Program-made: the position numbers and the translations under genes
In this document: one piece after another, positions 1-7,416 of the stretch
Layout of the letters: every line of letters starts with the position of its first letter
Position numbering within the stretch: position 1 is the stretch's first letter
Notes under the pieces: model-generated
What the model was told of the DNA's origin: nothing
The model's database searches: none
The model's input: only the letters and a program-made list of their open reading frames with translations
Assembly (NCBI GenBank): GCA_048938855.1
Contig: JBHLLT010000053.1
Coordinates: 1-10,262, forward strand
Direction: 5' to 3'
DNA length: 10,262 nt
Source: Promethearchaeota archaeon
GTDB taxonomy: Archaea > Asgardarchaeota > Lokiarchaeia > Sigyniarchaeales > SOKP01

Positions 1-29
1 TCGTTTTTTCTTTTATCCAATAATCTCAT
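1..29 (-). CDS. Possible 5' end of a gene running off the left edge (MRLLDKRKN...)
   Basis: Minus-strand ATG at 29, open to position 1, preceded by TATAGGAA. Divergent from the ORF at 97/109. Only 9 codons are visible. Confidence 0.3.
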
Positions 30-108
30 TTCCTATATACTTTTACGAGCTAGAATCTTAATCTATTTTTTCCCATTTTGGACCAAAATAATACATTTGG
101 AAAAAGTT

Positions 109-480
109 ATGGATAAAATTACGTACGAGAGACATTATTATGCGGGTATTATTCCCCTCATAATTACACTGGTGCTAGCTTTTACAAATATTTCAAATTT
201 AATTTTAATTTTGATTTTCTTATTTACAACCTTTAGTCTATTTTTAATTTTATTTATATTTTTCAAAAATACAGGAACCAAGAGAAGTAAAACTCTAAAA
301 ATTATATTTGGTACTTTAATCCTGGGAGTAGGATACTTATTTAAACCAGAAATTTTAGAAGGATATATTGGAATCTCTGAAATCGTAGAGATATTAATAA
401 TTTTATCTGATATAGTTGTTCCCATTTTATTTATAATTGGATTGTTGTTAATATATGACAGTTATAGAAAAGAACTTTAG
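109..480 (+). CDS. Small hypothetical integral membrane protein (about 4 TM helices)
   Basis: Four hydrophobic stretches separated by a basic loop (KNTGTKRSK). The ORF track starts at TTG 97; the in-frame ATG at 109 is an equally plausible start. An oligo-T tract follows. Confidence 0.65.
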   Translation: MDKITYERHYYAGIIPLIITLVLAFTNISNLILILIFLFTTFSLFLILFIFFKNTGTKRSKTLKIIFGTLILGVGYLFKPEILEGYIGISEIVEILIILSDIVVPILFIIGLLLIYDSYRKEL

Positions 481-553
481 TATTTTTAACTAATATTTTT
501 TTGGGAGAAGGATTCTTGTAAAAAAGAAAATGAAAATAGTTTTAAATATAAAA

Positions 554-1279
554 TTAATCAAATCCCATATAATGACATTTACAATCTAATGAGTCCATCT
601 GAGCTTTAATAAATTTGATAATTTCATCCCCTAATGGCTTTACATCGTTTTCTATTTCAAATTTTCTGATTATATATTTATCGGGTTTAATTTCTTCAAT
701 AAAATTCCGCAATCCAATTATATTCTCCTTAGAAACATTGAAATTATCTCCAAAAATAGAATGGATCCAGATTGGTTTACTAGACTCGGTTTTGAATTTT
801 TTCAACCCATCTAGAACATCTTCAATTTTTACTTGGCCGTGATGTCGGTTAATCTTCTGAAATTCTTCAGATCGCACCCCGTTTAAGTTAAATTGCATGA
901 TATCGCATTCACAAAAATCTTTCCGCACTTCAGGGTTGAATAATAAAGAAGCATTTGAATAGGCTGTAAGTTTTATAGTAGGGTATTTTTCTTTTATTTT
1001 TCTGGCTAGTTCTCCAAACTTAGAATATAAAGCAGGTTCACCGCTTCCAGTAAGGAAGATAGTATCAGGATGGTCATTATTGTCAAGATAAAAATCAACT
1101 TCGTTAAAAACATCTTGAACTGGAAAAAACTCCTCTCTATCCATTGTCATTTTGGTGGTTTTTCCTAAACTACAGTAATAACAATTAAAGGAGCATGTCT
1201 TTAAAGGACTGAAATCTACTGGTAATAGCTTTCCTAAAAGTGGATGATCTATAATGTCGCTAAGATATTGTTTTTTCAT
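554..1279 (-). CDS. Radical SAM protein, COG0731-like (function unknown)
   Basis: CxxxCxxC motif (CSFNCYYC) followed by LGKTT, a GSGEP motif and SNASLL, as in COG0731-type Fe-S proteins. Confidence 0.85.
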   Translation of the reverse strand: MKKQYLSDIIDHPLLGKLLPVDFSPLKTCSFNCYYCSLGKTTKMTMDREEFFPVQDVFNEVDFYLDNNDHPDTIFLTGSGEPALYSKFGELARKIKEKYPTIKLTAYSNASLLFNPEVRKDFCECDIMQFNLNGVRSEEFQKINRHHGQVKIEDVLDGLKKFKTESSKPIWIHSIFGDNFNVSKENIIGLRNFIEEIKPDKYIIRKFEIENDVKPLGDEIIKFIKAQMDSLDCKCHYMGFD

Positions 1280-1302
1280 GAGTTAGAATTAATAATATAT
1301 TG

Positions 1303-1310
1303 TTTATAAA
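1303..1310 (-). promoter_or_regulatory. Putative archaeal TATA box (TTTATAAA) for a leaderless radical SAM transcript
   Basis: TTTATAAA is centred about 27 nt upstream of ATG 1279, and there is no SD-like motif before the ATG. The AT-rich background lowers specificity. Confidence 0.4.
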
Positions 1311-1345
1311 AGAAATCATTACTCTAACGCATTGTCAAAATTTTA

Positions 1346-1363
1346 GAAAAAAAAAAGAAAAAA
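1346..1363 (-). terminator. Oligo-T tract (archaeal-type terminator) after the MaoC-family gene
   Basis: The + strand shows a long A run, a single G, then A6, so the minus strand reads T-rich immediately after the stop at 1366. No GC hairpin. Confidence 0.5.
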
Positions 1364-1365
1364 TA

Positions 1366-1806
1366 TTACATGACTAAAACTTGTGCTTCTCCATCTGTGA
1401 CAACTTCATTTTTCTGATTTAGCACTTTAGTTTCAACGTCAAGAAATTGTAAGGTTCCACTTTTACCTTCTTTTGTATATTTCTTTGTTACTGTAGCTAC
1501 AGCTGTTAATGTATCTCCTATGTAAACTGGTTTCTTAAAAACCACTTTCTGAGAAGCATAAAGCGCTCCTGGGCCGAATAAATGAACCCCAAGTACTGCT
1601 GAAATTAAAGCTGAACTAAAGGCTCCATGAACTACTCTTTTTCCAAACATTTGGGTTTTTGCGAATTCCTCATTCACATGGAGCGGATTAAAGTCTCCGC
1701 TTATTCCCGCAAAAAGAGTTACATCAGCTTCAGTAATGGTTTTACTACAAGAAGCAGAAGTCCCTTCTTCATAATCTTCAAATTTAACGATTTCTGTTTT
1801 CGACAT
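1366..1806 (-). CDS. MaoC-family (hot-dog fold) R-specific enoyl-CoA hydratase, PhaJ-like
   Basis: Hydratase-2 motif FAGISGDFNPLH (catalytic Asp/His), plus FGKRVVHG, GPGALY and FKKPVYIGDTL. Confidence 0.92.
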   Translation of the reverse strand: MSKTEIVKFEDYEEGTSASCSKTITEADVTLFAGISGDFNPLHVNEEFAKTQMFGKRVVHGAFSSALISAVLGVHLFGPGALYASQKVVFKKPVYIGDTLTAVATVTKKYTKEGKSGTLQFLDVETKVLNQKNEVVTDGEAQVLVM

Positions 1807-1925
1807 AAATTATTCTAATGAAAAAATAGATAAAAATCTTGACTAAAAATATTTGAAAATTGTATTATACCAAATAAAATATAAATATATAGAACGTATA
1901 ATCTGACAATAAGACTATATTCTAA

Positions 1926-1933
1926 TTAAATAT
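1926..1933 (+). promoter_or_regulatory. Putative TATA box (TTAAATAT) for the first aminopeptidase gene
   Basis: TATA-like octamer centred about 25 nt upstream of ATG 1955, in the divergent intergenic region. Confidence 0.3.
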
Positions 1934-1954
1934 TAAAAAAATTGGGATAACCTA

Positions 1955-3214
1955 ATGTCAACAGAATTTGAACAGAATTTAGAAAAGTTTGCTGAGGTTA
2001 TCATAAAAGTTGGGCTTAATTTACAACCAGGTCAACGTTTATTAATTGGACCACCTATATTCGCTGTTAATGGTGTATCGTTGGAATTAGCTCCATTAGT
2101 CCGTGTAATTACTAAAAAAGCTTATCAAGCAGGTGCAAAGCTAGTTGATGTGAATTGGAACGATGATACTTTACAATTAATCCGAATTCAAAATGCTCCT
2201 GAGGGTACATTTGAAGAATATCCGAAATGGAAAGTTAATACGGCAGTAAAATTTGCTGAAACAGGTGATGCAATGCTCGTTATATATGCGGATAATCCTA
2301 ATTTACTTATGGATCAAGATTCCAAAAAAATTGCAGCTCTTCAGCAGACGGCATTCCAAAATGTTGAACCACTTATGAATTATGTTGTTAAAAATACTAC
2401 AAATTGGACAATAATTACAGCGCCCATTGATGGGTGGGTTGATAAAGTATTTCCAGAACAGCTTCAAAAGACTCGTAAATCTAAGTTTTGGGACACTCTT
2501 TTTGAAATCTGTCGTATTAAAAATGAAGATCCCGTTTCTGCTTGGAAGGATCATGTAAATCAACTTACTTCAAGAAAAAATTATTTAAACCAAAAACAAT
2601 ATAATGCCCTAAAATTTGAAGCGCCTGGAACAGATTTAAAAATAACTTTGCCGAAGGGTCATTTATGGCAAGCTGCTTCCATGAAAAGTCAAAATGGGAT
2701 TAATTTTGTTGCGAATATACCTACAGAGGAAGTCTTTACAATACCTCATAAAGATAAAACTGAGGGTTTTGTAAAATGCACTAAACCACTTTATTTTAGT
2801 GGAGGTTTGGTTGAAAAATATCAACTTACATTCTCTAACGGAAAAATTGTTGATGTGAGTGCTAAAAATGGGGAAGACTTTCTTAAAGAGTTAATTCAGA
2901 CTGACGAAGGTGCAAGTTATCTAGGAGAAATTGCTCTGGTTCCACACAAATCACCTATATCACAATCAGGTCTACTTTTCTATAATATTCTTATTGATGA
3001 AAATGCTTCAAATCATATCGCTTTAGGTCGAGGTTATAAATTTAGTTTTAAAAATGGTGAAACATTAACCGATGAAGAATTTACTGCTTTAGGAGGTAAT
3101 AATAGTTTAATTCATATTGATTGTATGTTTGGCTCTGGAGAAATGGATGTTGATGGAATTACTAATGAGGGTAAAGTAGAACCAATTATGCGAAAGGGAG
3201 AATGGGCTTTTTAG
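1955..3214 (+). CDS. Aminopeptidase, peptidase family M29 (AmpS/AmpT/PepS-like), copy 1
   Basis: Motifs NIPTEEVF, LGEIALV, DENASNHIALGRGY and HID; all metal ligands and the conserved Tyr are present. 419 aa. Confidence 0.95.
   Translation: MSTEFEQNLEKFAEVIIKVGLNLQPGQRLLIGPPIFAVNGVSLELAPLVRVITKKAYQAGAKLVDVNWNDDTLQLIRIQNAPEGTFEEYPKWKVNTAVKFAETGDAMLVIYADNPNLLMDQDSKKIAALQQTAFQNVEPLMNYVVKNTTNWTIITAPIDGWVDKVFPEQLQKTRKSKFWDTLFEICRIKNEDPVSAWKDHVNQLTSRKNYLNQKQYNALKFEAPGTDLKITLPKGHLWQAASMKSQNGINFVANIPTEEVFTIPHKDKTEGFVKCTKPLYFSGGLVEKYQLTFSNGKIVDVSAKNGEDFLKELIQTDEGASYLGEIALVPHKSPISQSGLLFYNILIDENASNHIALGRGYKFSFKNGETLTDEEFTALGGNNSLIHIDCMFGSGEMDVDGITNEGKVEPIMRKGEWAF
3109..3210 (+). repeat. 102-nt near-identical direct repeat (partner at 4375-4476) at the 3' ends of M29 copies 1 and 2
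   Basis: Manual alignment gives 6 mismatches in 102 nt and no gaps. Confidence 0.85.
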
Positions 3215-3223
3215 GTGTGATCA

Positions 3224-4486
3224 ATGCCTTCTGAGTTTGAAGAAAATTTAGAAAAGTATGCAGAAGTAATATTAAAAATAGGTGTAAATTTACAAAAAAA
3301 ACAATGGTTATTAATCACTCAAAGTACTTTAGGTACATCTCTTCTTGATTTGGCAACTTTTATTGAAATACTGGTAAAGAAAGCATATCAATTGGGAGCC
3401 AGATTTGTTGATGTAATATGGAATAATCCTCAAATACATTTAATTAGACTCAAATATGCACCCCGTGATTCATTTGAAGAATTCTCCAGTTGGCGACGAG
3501 AGGCTTCACTAGAGAATATTGAAAAAGGTGGAGCTAGAATTGAGATATTAGCTTCAGATCCTTTTTTTTTTAGTAATCAAGATCCTGAGCTTGTATCAAC
3601 TATGATACAGGCAAGAAGAAAGAAACATAAACTAGTATCTGATCTAATGAATCAAAAAAAAGCTATAAATTGGTGTGTTGCTTTAGCGTCATGTGATGCT
3701 TGGGCAGAGAAAATTTTCCCTGATTTACTTCCTGATAAAAGAACAGTCAAATTATGGGATAAGATTTTTGAAATTTGTCGCATAAAGCAACAAGACCCTG
3801 TTTCAGCTTGGATTGATCACATAAATCAACTAATTTCTAGGTGTTTTTATCTCAATAATAAAAACTATTCTTCACTTCATTTTAGTGCTCCTGGGACAGA
3901 TCTTACAATTGGATTACCAAAAGAACATAAATGGCTAGGGGGGCATATAGAAACAAATAATGAGATTTTTTTTACTCCAAACATACCTACAGAAGAAATA
4001 TTTACTCTCCCACATAAAGGTATGACGGAGGGTATTGTAAAAATTACAAAACCACTTAATCATAGAGGTAATTTAATTGAAGATATTAATATAAGATTTT
4101 CAAAAGGAAAAATTGTAGAATTAACAGCAAGGAAAGGAAAGAATATTTTAGATAAAATAGTTAAAACTAATGAAAGCGCAAATCAATTAGGCGAAATCGC
4201 ATTAGTTCCGCATAGCTCACCTATATCACAAACTGGTTTAATATTTTATAATAACCTTATAGACGAGAATGCTTCTTGTCATTTTGCTTTAGGTTTTGCT
4301 TATAAACCCTGTTTGAAAAATGGGGAAGAAATGACTGATGAAGAATTTATGACTGCTGGGGGTAATATAAGTCCAATTCATATTGATTTAATGTTTGGCT
4401 CAGGGGAAATGGATGTTGATGGAATTACTAAAGAGGGTAAAGTAGAACCAATTATGCGGAAGGGAGAATGGGCTTTCACTGTTTAA
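3224..4486 (+). CDS. Aminopeptidase, family M29, copy 2
   Basis: Motifs NIPTEEIF, LGEIALV, DENASCHFALGFAY and HID. Starts 9 nt after copy 1, with AGGTGTGA upstream, so it is probably co-transcribed. Confidence 0.95.
   Translation: MPSEFEENLEKYAEVILKIGVNLQKKQWLLITQSTLGTSLLDLATFIEILVKKAYQLGARFVDVIWNNPQIHLIRLKYAPRDSFEEFSSWRREASLENIEKGGARIEILASDPFFFSNQDPELVSTMIQARRKKHKLVSDLMNQKKAINWCVALASCDAWAEKIFPDLLPDKRTVKLWDKIFEICRIKQQDPVSAWIDHINQLISRCFYLNNKNYSSLHFSAPGTDLTIGLPKEHKWLGGHIETNNEIFFTPNIPTEEIFTLPHKGMTEGIVKITKPLNHRGNLIEDINIRFSKGKIVELTARKGKNILDKIVKTNESANQLGEIALVPHSSPISQTGLIFYNNLIDENASCHFALGFAYKPCLKNGEEMTDEEFMTAGGNISPIHIDLMFGSGEMDVDGITKEGKVEPIMRKGEWAFTV
4375..4476 (+). repeat. Second copy of the 102-nt repeat; its last 32 nt (4445-4476) recur exactly at 5831-5862
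   Basis: GAACCAATTATGCGGAAGGGAGAATGGGCTTT is identical in copies 2 and 3. Confidence 0.85.
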
Positions 4487-4606
4487 TTTTATATTAATCA
4501 TTAATTATCAATAGATATCTTTCAAAAACTCCAAAAATGTAAAATTTTAATATTATGAGATAGTCCTAATATATTAACTAAATTTAAGAGTTTTAGTGAA
4601 AATCCA

Positions 4607-5881
4607 ATGTCATCAGAATTTAAGCAAAATTTAGAAAAGTATGCAGAAATTATTGTTAAAGTAGGTTTAAATCTTCAATCGGGACAACGGTTGCTTATAG
4701 GTGCCCCCATATTGACCAATGATGGCACACCCTTAGAATTTGCTCCCTTAGTGCGATTGATTGTCAAAAAAGCTTATCAAATTGGTGCTAGATTTGTTGA
4801 TGTGATGTGGGGTGATGAACAATTACGGTTAATCCGGTTTCAACATGCCCCTAGAGACTCATTCGAAGAATTTCCGAAATGGAGAATAGATGCAGAAGTT
4901 AAAATTGATGAAGCTGGGGATGCAGACCTTGTTATTGTTAGTTCTAATCCGGAGTTACTCCATGAGCAAGATCCCGAATTAATTACAAAATCTCAACAAG
5001 CATTTTTCAAGCATATGAAGCCCATATCTGAATTTACTTCTAAGAATGCAATGAACTGGTTATCAGCTCCGGGAGCAACTGAGGGATGGGCAAATAAAGT
5101 CTTTCCAAATATCCCTCAAAAAAGTAGAATAACTAAACTTTGGGATTCAATTTTTAAAATTTGTCGAGTTAAGGAAGAAGATCCTATTTCTGCATGGCGA
5201 GATCATATCAACCAGCTTAGTAAAAGAAAAGATTATTTAAATAATAAAAAGTATACAACTATGAAAATGAAAGCTCCAGGAACAGATTTGACAATAGGTT
5301 TACCTAAAGGGCATATTTGGGTGGGAGGAGGTTTAAAAACACAGAATGGTATTGATTTTATAGCTAATATGCCCACTGAAGAGGTATTTACTCTGCCACA
5401 TAAAAATAAAACTGAAGGGATTGTATCAAGTACTAAACCACTCTATTATGGGGGAGAAATAATTGAGGATTTCAGATTAAAATTCTCTAAAGGAAGAGTC
5501 ATTGAAGTAATGGCAAAAAAGGGTAGAGATTTTTTACTTAAAACCATTGATACAGATAATGGTGCCCGGTATTTGGGTGAGATAGCACTAGTTCCGCATA
5601 GCTCACCAATTTCACAATCTAACATTCTTTTTTATAATACTCTTATCGATGAAAATGCTGCCACTCATGTTGCACTTGGGAGAGCAAGACAATTCAATCT
5701 TGTGAATGGAGAGACAATGTCAGATGATGAGTTTGCAGAGGTAGGCGGCAATCTAAGCCTCATTCATAAGGATTTTATGATTGGTTCAGGAGAAATGGAT
5801 ATTGATGGAATAAAGGAAGATGGTACAGCTGAACCAATTATGCGGAAGGGAGAATGGGCTTTTGAGGTAAAACTTATATAA
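4607..5881 (+). CDS. Family M29 aminopeptidase homologue, copy 3 (conserved Tyr replaced by Arg)
   Basis: Motifs NMPTEEVF, LGEIALV, DENAATHVALGRAR and HKD; metal ligands are intact. 424 aa. Confidence 0.93.
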   Translation: MSSEFKQNLEKYAEIIVKVGLNLQSGQRLLIGAPILTNDGTPLEFAPLVRLIVKKAYQIGARFVDVMWGDEQLRLIRFQHAPRDSFEEFPKWRIDAEVKIDEAGDADLVIVSSNPELLHEQDPELITKSQQAFFKHMKPISEFTSKNAMNWLSAPGATEGWANKVFPNIPQKSRITKLWDSIFKICRVKEEDPISAWRDHINQLSKRKDYLNNKKYTTMKMKAPGTDLTIGLPKGHIWVGGGLKTQNGIDFIANMPTEEVFTLPHKNKTEGIVSSTKPLYYGGEIIEDFRLKFSKGRVIEVMAKKGRDFLLKTIDTDNGARYLGEIALVPHSSPISQSNILFYNTLIDENAATHVALGRARQFNLVNGETMSDDEFAEVGGNLSLIHKDFMIGSGEMDIDGIKEDGTAEPIMRKGEWAFEVKLI

Positions 5882-5891
5882 GTTATATTAA

Positions 5892-6164
5892 CTATTCTAA
5901 ATCTGTTTCATTATCATTATTTTTTGATCGTTTGATGAAAATAGTTCTCAAATTATCAAAATCAGCTTTAAAACATTCTTGACAATCCTCCTGTTCATCG
6001 GGAGTAGCGGGCTCAACGCGTACTTCATATCCAATTGATTCATATAATTCAACATACTCCGCAACTCTATCTTGTTCGACTGTAAATCCCCTCTCCCATT
6101 CATTTCCTCTACGAGAATTCTCTAATTTTTTTTCTTCATGGTTTTTTTCTTTATCTGATACCAT
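5892..6164 (-). CDS. Small acidic hypothetical protein with a CxxC motif (about 90 aa)
   Basis: ATG 6164 is preceded by AGGA; the ORF track uses TTG 6179. The core WERGFTVEQDRVAEYVELYESIGYEVRVEP...CQEC...RTIFIKR looks like a folded domain and fills the gap between flanking genes. Confidence 0.8.
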   Translation of the reverse strand: MVSDKEKNHEEKKLENSRRGNEWERGFTVEQDRVAEYVELYESIGYEVRVEPATPDEQEDCQECFKADFDNLRTIFIKRSKNNDNETDLE

Positions 6165-6272
6165 AGTAATCCTAGTCAAATCTATTTTTTATTTTCCGTA
6201 TTTACATTAGATATTATGATTATTTTCGGTTTAAAGATTTCTCTTTTTTGAATTCCATCTAAATCGAGCTTA

Positions 6273-6294
6273 TAGTGGTATTTTATTCCCACTA
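6273..6294. promoter_or_regulatory. Imperfect palindrome TAGTGGTATT-TT-ATTCCCACTA, candidate operator
   Basis: Arms match 8/10, with perfect TAGTGG/CCACTA ends. An outer pair AAATCG (6261-6266)/CGATTT (6297-6302) flanks it. It lies centrally in the divergent intergenic region, just upstream of TATA-like TTTTATAT (6314-6321). Confidence 0.5.
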
Positions 6295-6395
6295 AACGAT
6301 TTCTATTAACAAATTTTATATTATTGTGGAAAATTATCTAAGAATAATAATAAAAATAAAAGAAATCGAAAAAAGCAAGTTTTGAAGGGATTGTA

Positions 6396-7355
6396 ATGAC
6401 ATATACAAAAGAACCAAATTTTAAGCCAAAAGATCCAAAAGATTTTGATTTTAAAGAAATAATTTATGAAAAGAAAGATTGGAAAGCTACTGTAACAATC
6501 AATCGTCCAGAAGTATATAATGCCTATTCAACCCTCACGTTAATGGAAATGATTGAAGCTTTTCACGATGCTGCTTGGGATAATAAAGTTGCCGTTATTA
6601 TCTTAACAGGAGCAGGTGATAAAGCTTTTTGTACTGGTGGTGATGTAAAAGAGTACAGAGAAAGATTTACCGTGCAGCCTGCTGAATATTGGAAATGGAT
6701 GAGCATTTTTCAAGAAGCTCATGACGTTTTCCGGAATATTGGTAAACCTACCATCGCAAGGATAAATGGTATTGTAGCCGGTGGAGGTAATGAATGGCAA
6801 ATGGCATGTGATCTAGCAGTATGTGCAGATCATGCTACTATCCGTCAAGTAGGAACACGTGTAGGATCTGTGGCATGTGGTGGTGCAACTCAATGGTTGC
6901 CAATTATTGTTGGTGATCGACGAGCAAGAGAAATTTTATACCTCTGTGAACCCATTTCAGCAGAAAAAGCACTAGAATGGGGTTTAGTAAATTCAGTAGT
7001 ACCTTATAAAGATATAGATGAGGAAGTTGATAGATATTGCCAAAAACTTATTGATAAATTTCCAGAATGCATGAGATATACGAAACAGCAGGTTAATTTT
7101 TGGAAAGATTTGGTTTGGCATCAAACTATAGGGCATGCAAAAGATTGGCTTTCAATTCATTATGCTTCATGGGAACCACTTGAAGGAATGTCAGCGTTTG
7201 TAGAAAAAAGGCCTCCAAACTATAGGGGCGTACGAGATAGTCCTCATCCTGAATTTCTATGGGGTCCTCCTATGGTTACATGTCCTTCTTGTCAAGCTAA
7301 AAATTTACCTTCTGATTTCGAGTTTTGTGGTAAATGTGGGGCAAAACTAAAATAA
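6396..7355 (+). CDS. oah: Crotonase-family ring-opening hydrolase, probably 6-oxocyclohex-1-ene-1-carbonyl-CoA hydrolase (Oah/BzdY/BamA-like), with a C-terminal zinc ribbon
   Basis: DKAFCTGG, GGGNE, QVGTRVGSVACGGATQWLP, LCEPISA and KLIDKFPEC parallel recalled Oah motifs. The second crotonase Glu is absent. Sits directly before dch, had and bzdN, with SD-like GAAGGGA upstream. Confidence 0.75.
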   Translation: MTYTKEPNFKPKDPKDFDFKEIIYEKKDWKATVTINRPEVYNAYSTLTLMEMIEAFHDAAWDNKVAVIILTGAGDKAFCTGGDVKEYRERFTVQPAEYWKWMSIFQEAHDVFRNIGKPTIARINGIVAGGGNEWQMACDLAVCADHATIRQVGTRVGSVACGGATQWLPIIVGDRRAREILYLCEPISAEKALEWGLVNSVVPYKDIDEEVDRYCQKLIDKFPECMRYTKQQVNFWKDLVWHQTIGHAKDWLSIHYASWEPLEGMSAFVEKRPPNYRGVRDSPHPEFLWGPPMVTCPSCQAKNLPSDFEFCGKCGAKLK

Positions 7356-7362
7356 AATAAAA

Positions 7363-7374
7363 TTTTTTTTATTT
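7363..7374 (+). terminator. Oligo-T tract after oah (possible partial terminator)
   Basis: T8-A-TTT a few nt after the stop codon. Confidence 0.35.
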
Positions 7375-7416
7375 AGAAAAAGAATTTAAATTAAAAAAAA
7401 AAGCAAATTAGCCAGA

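Noticed and set aside
138-425. 95-aa minus-strand ORF
   Set aside because: Antisense shadow of the membrane protein gene, with no recognisable motifs.
615-842. 75-aa plus-strand ORF
   Set aside because: Lies antisense within the radical SAM gene.
554-1279. Annotation as Tyw1/Taw1 wyosine synthase
   Set aside because: It is shorter than Taw1 and lacks the N-terminal auxiliary-cluster cysteines; the only N-terminal Cys residues are those of the SAM-cluster motif.
1627-1818. 63-aa plus-strand ORF
   Set aside because: Antisense to the well-supported MaoC-family gene.
2303-2563. 86-aa minus-strand ORF with a Cys cluster (CNYCPIC)
   Set aside because: Entirely antisense to M29 copy 1; the Cys codons arise from the complement of the coding strand.
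3109-5862. The 32-nt and 102-nt repeats as CRISPR, IS ends or a DGR template/variable repeat pair
   Set aside because: They are in-frame paralogous coding sequence about 1.3-1.4 kb apart. Mismatches are not confined to adenines of one copy, and no cas, transposase or reverse transcriptase gene is present.
6603-6800. 65-aa minus-strand ORF
   Set aside because: Antisense within oah.
6396-7355. Annotation as MenB (naphthoate synthase)
   Set aside because: It lacks the GSFD motif, no men genes are nearby, and the context is benzoyl-CoA degradation.
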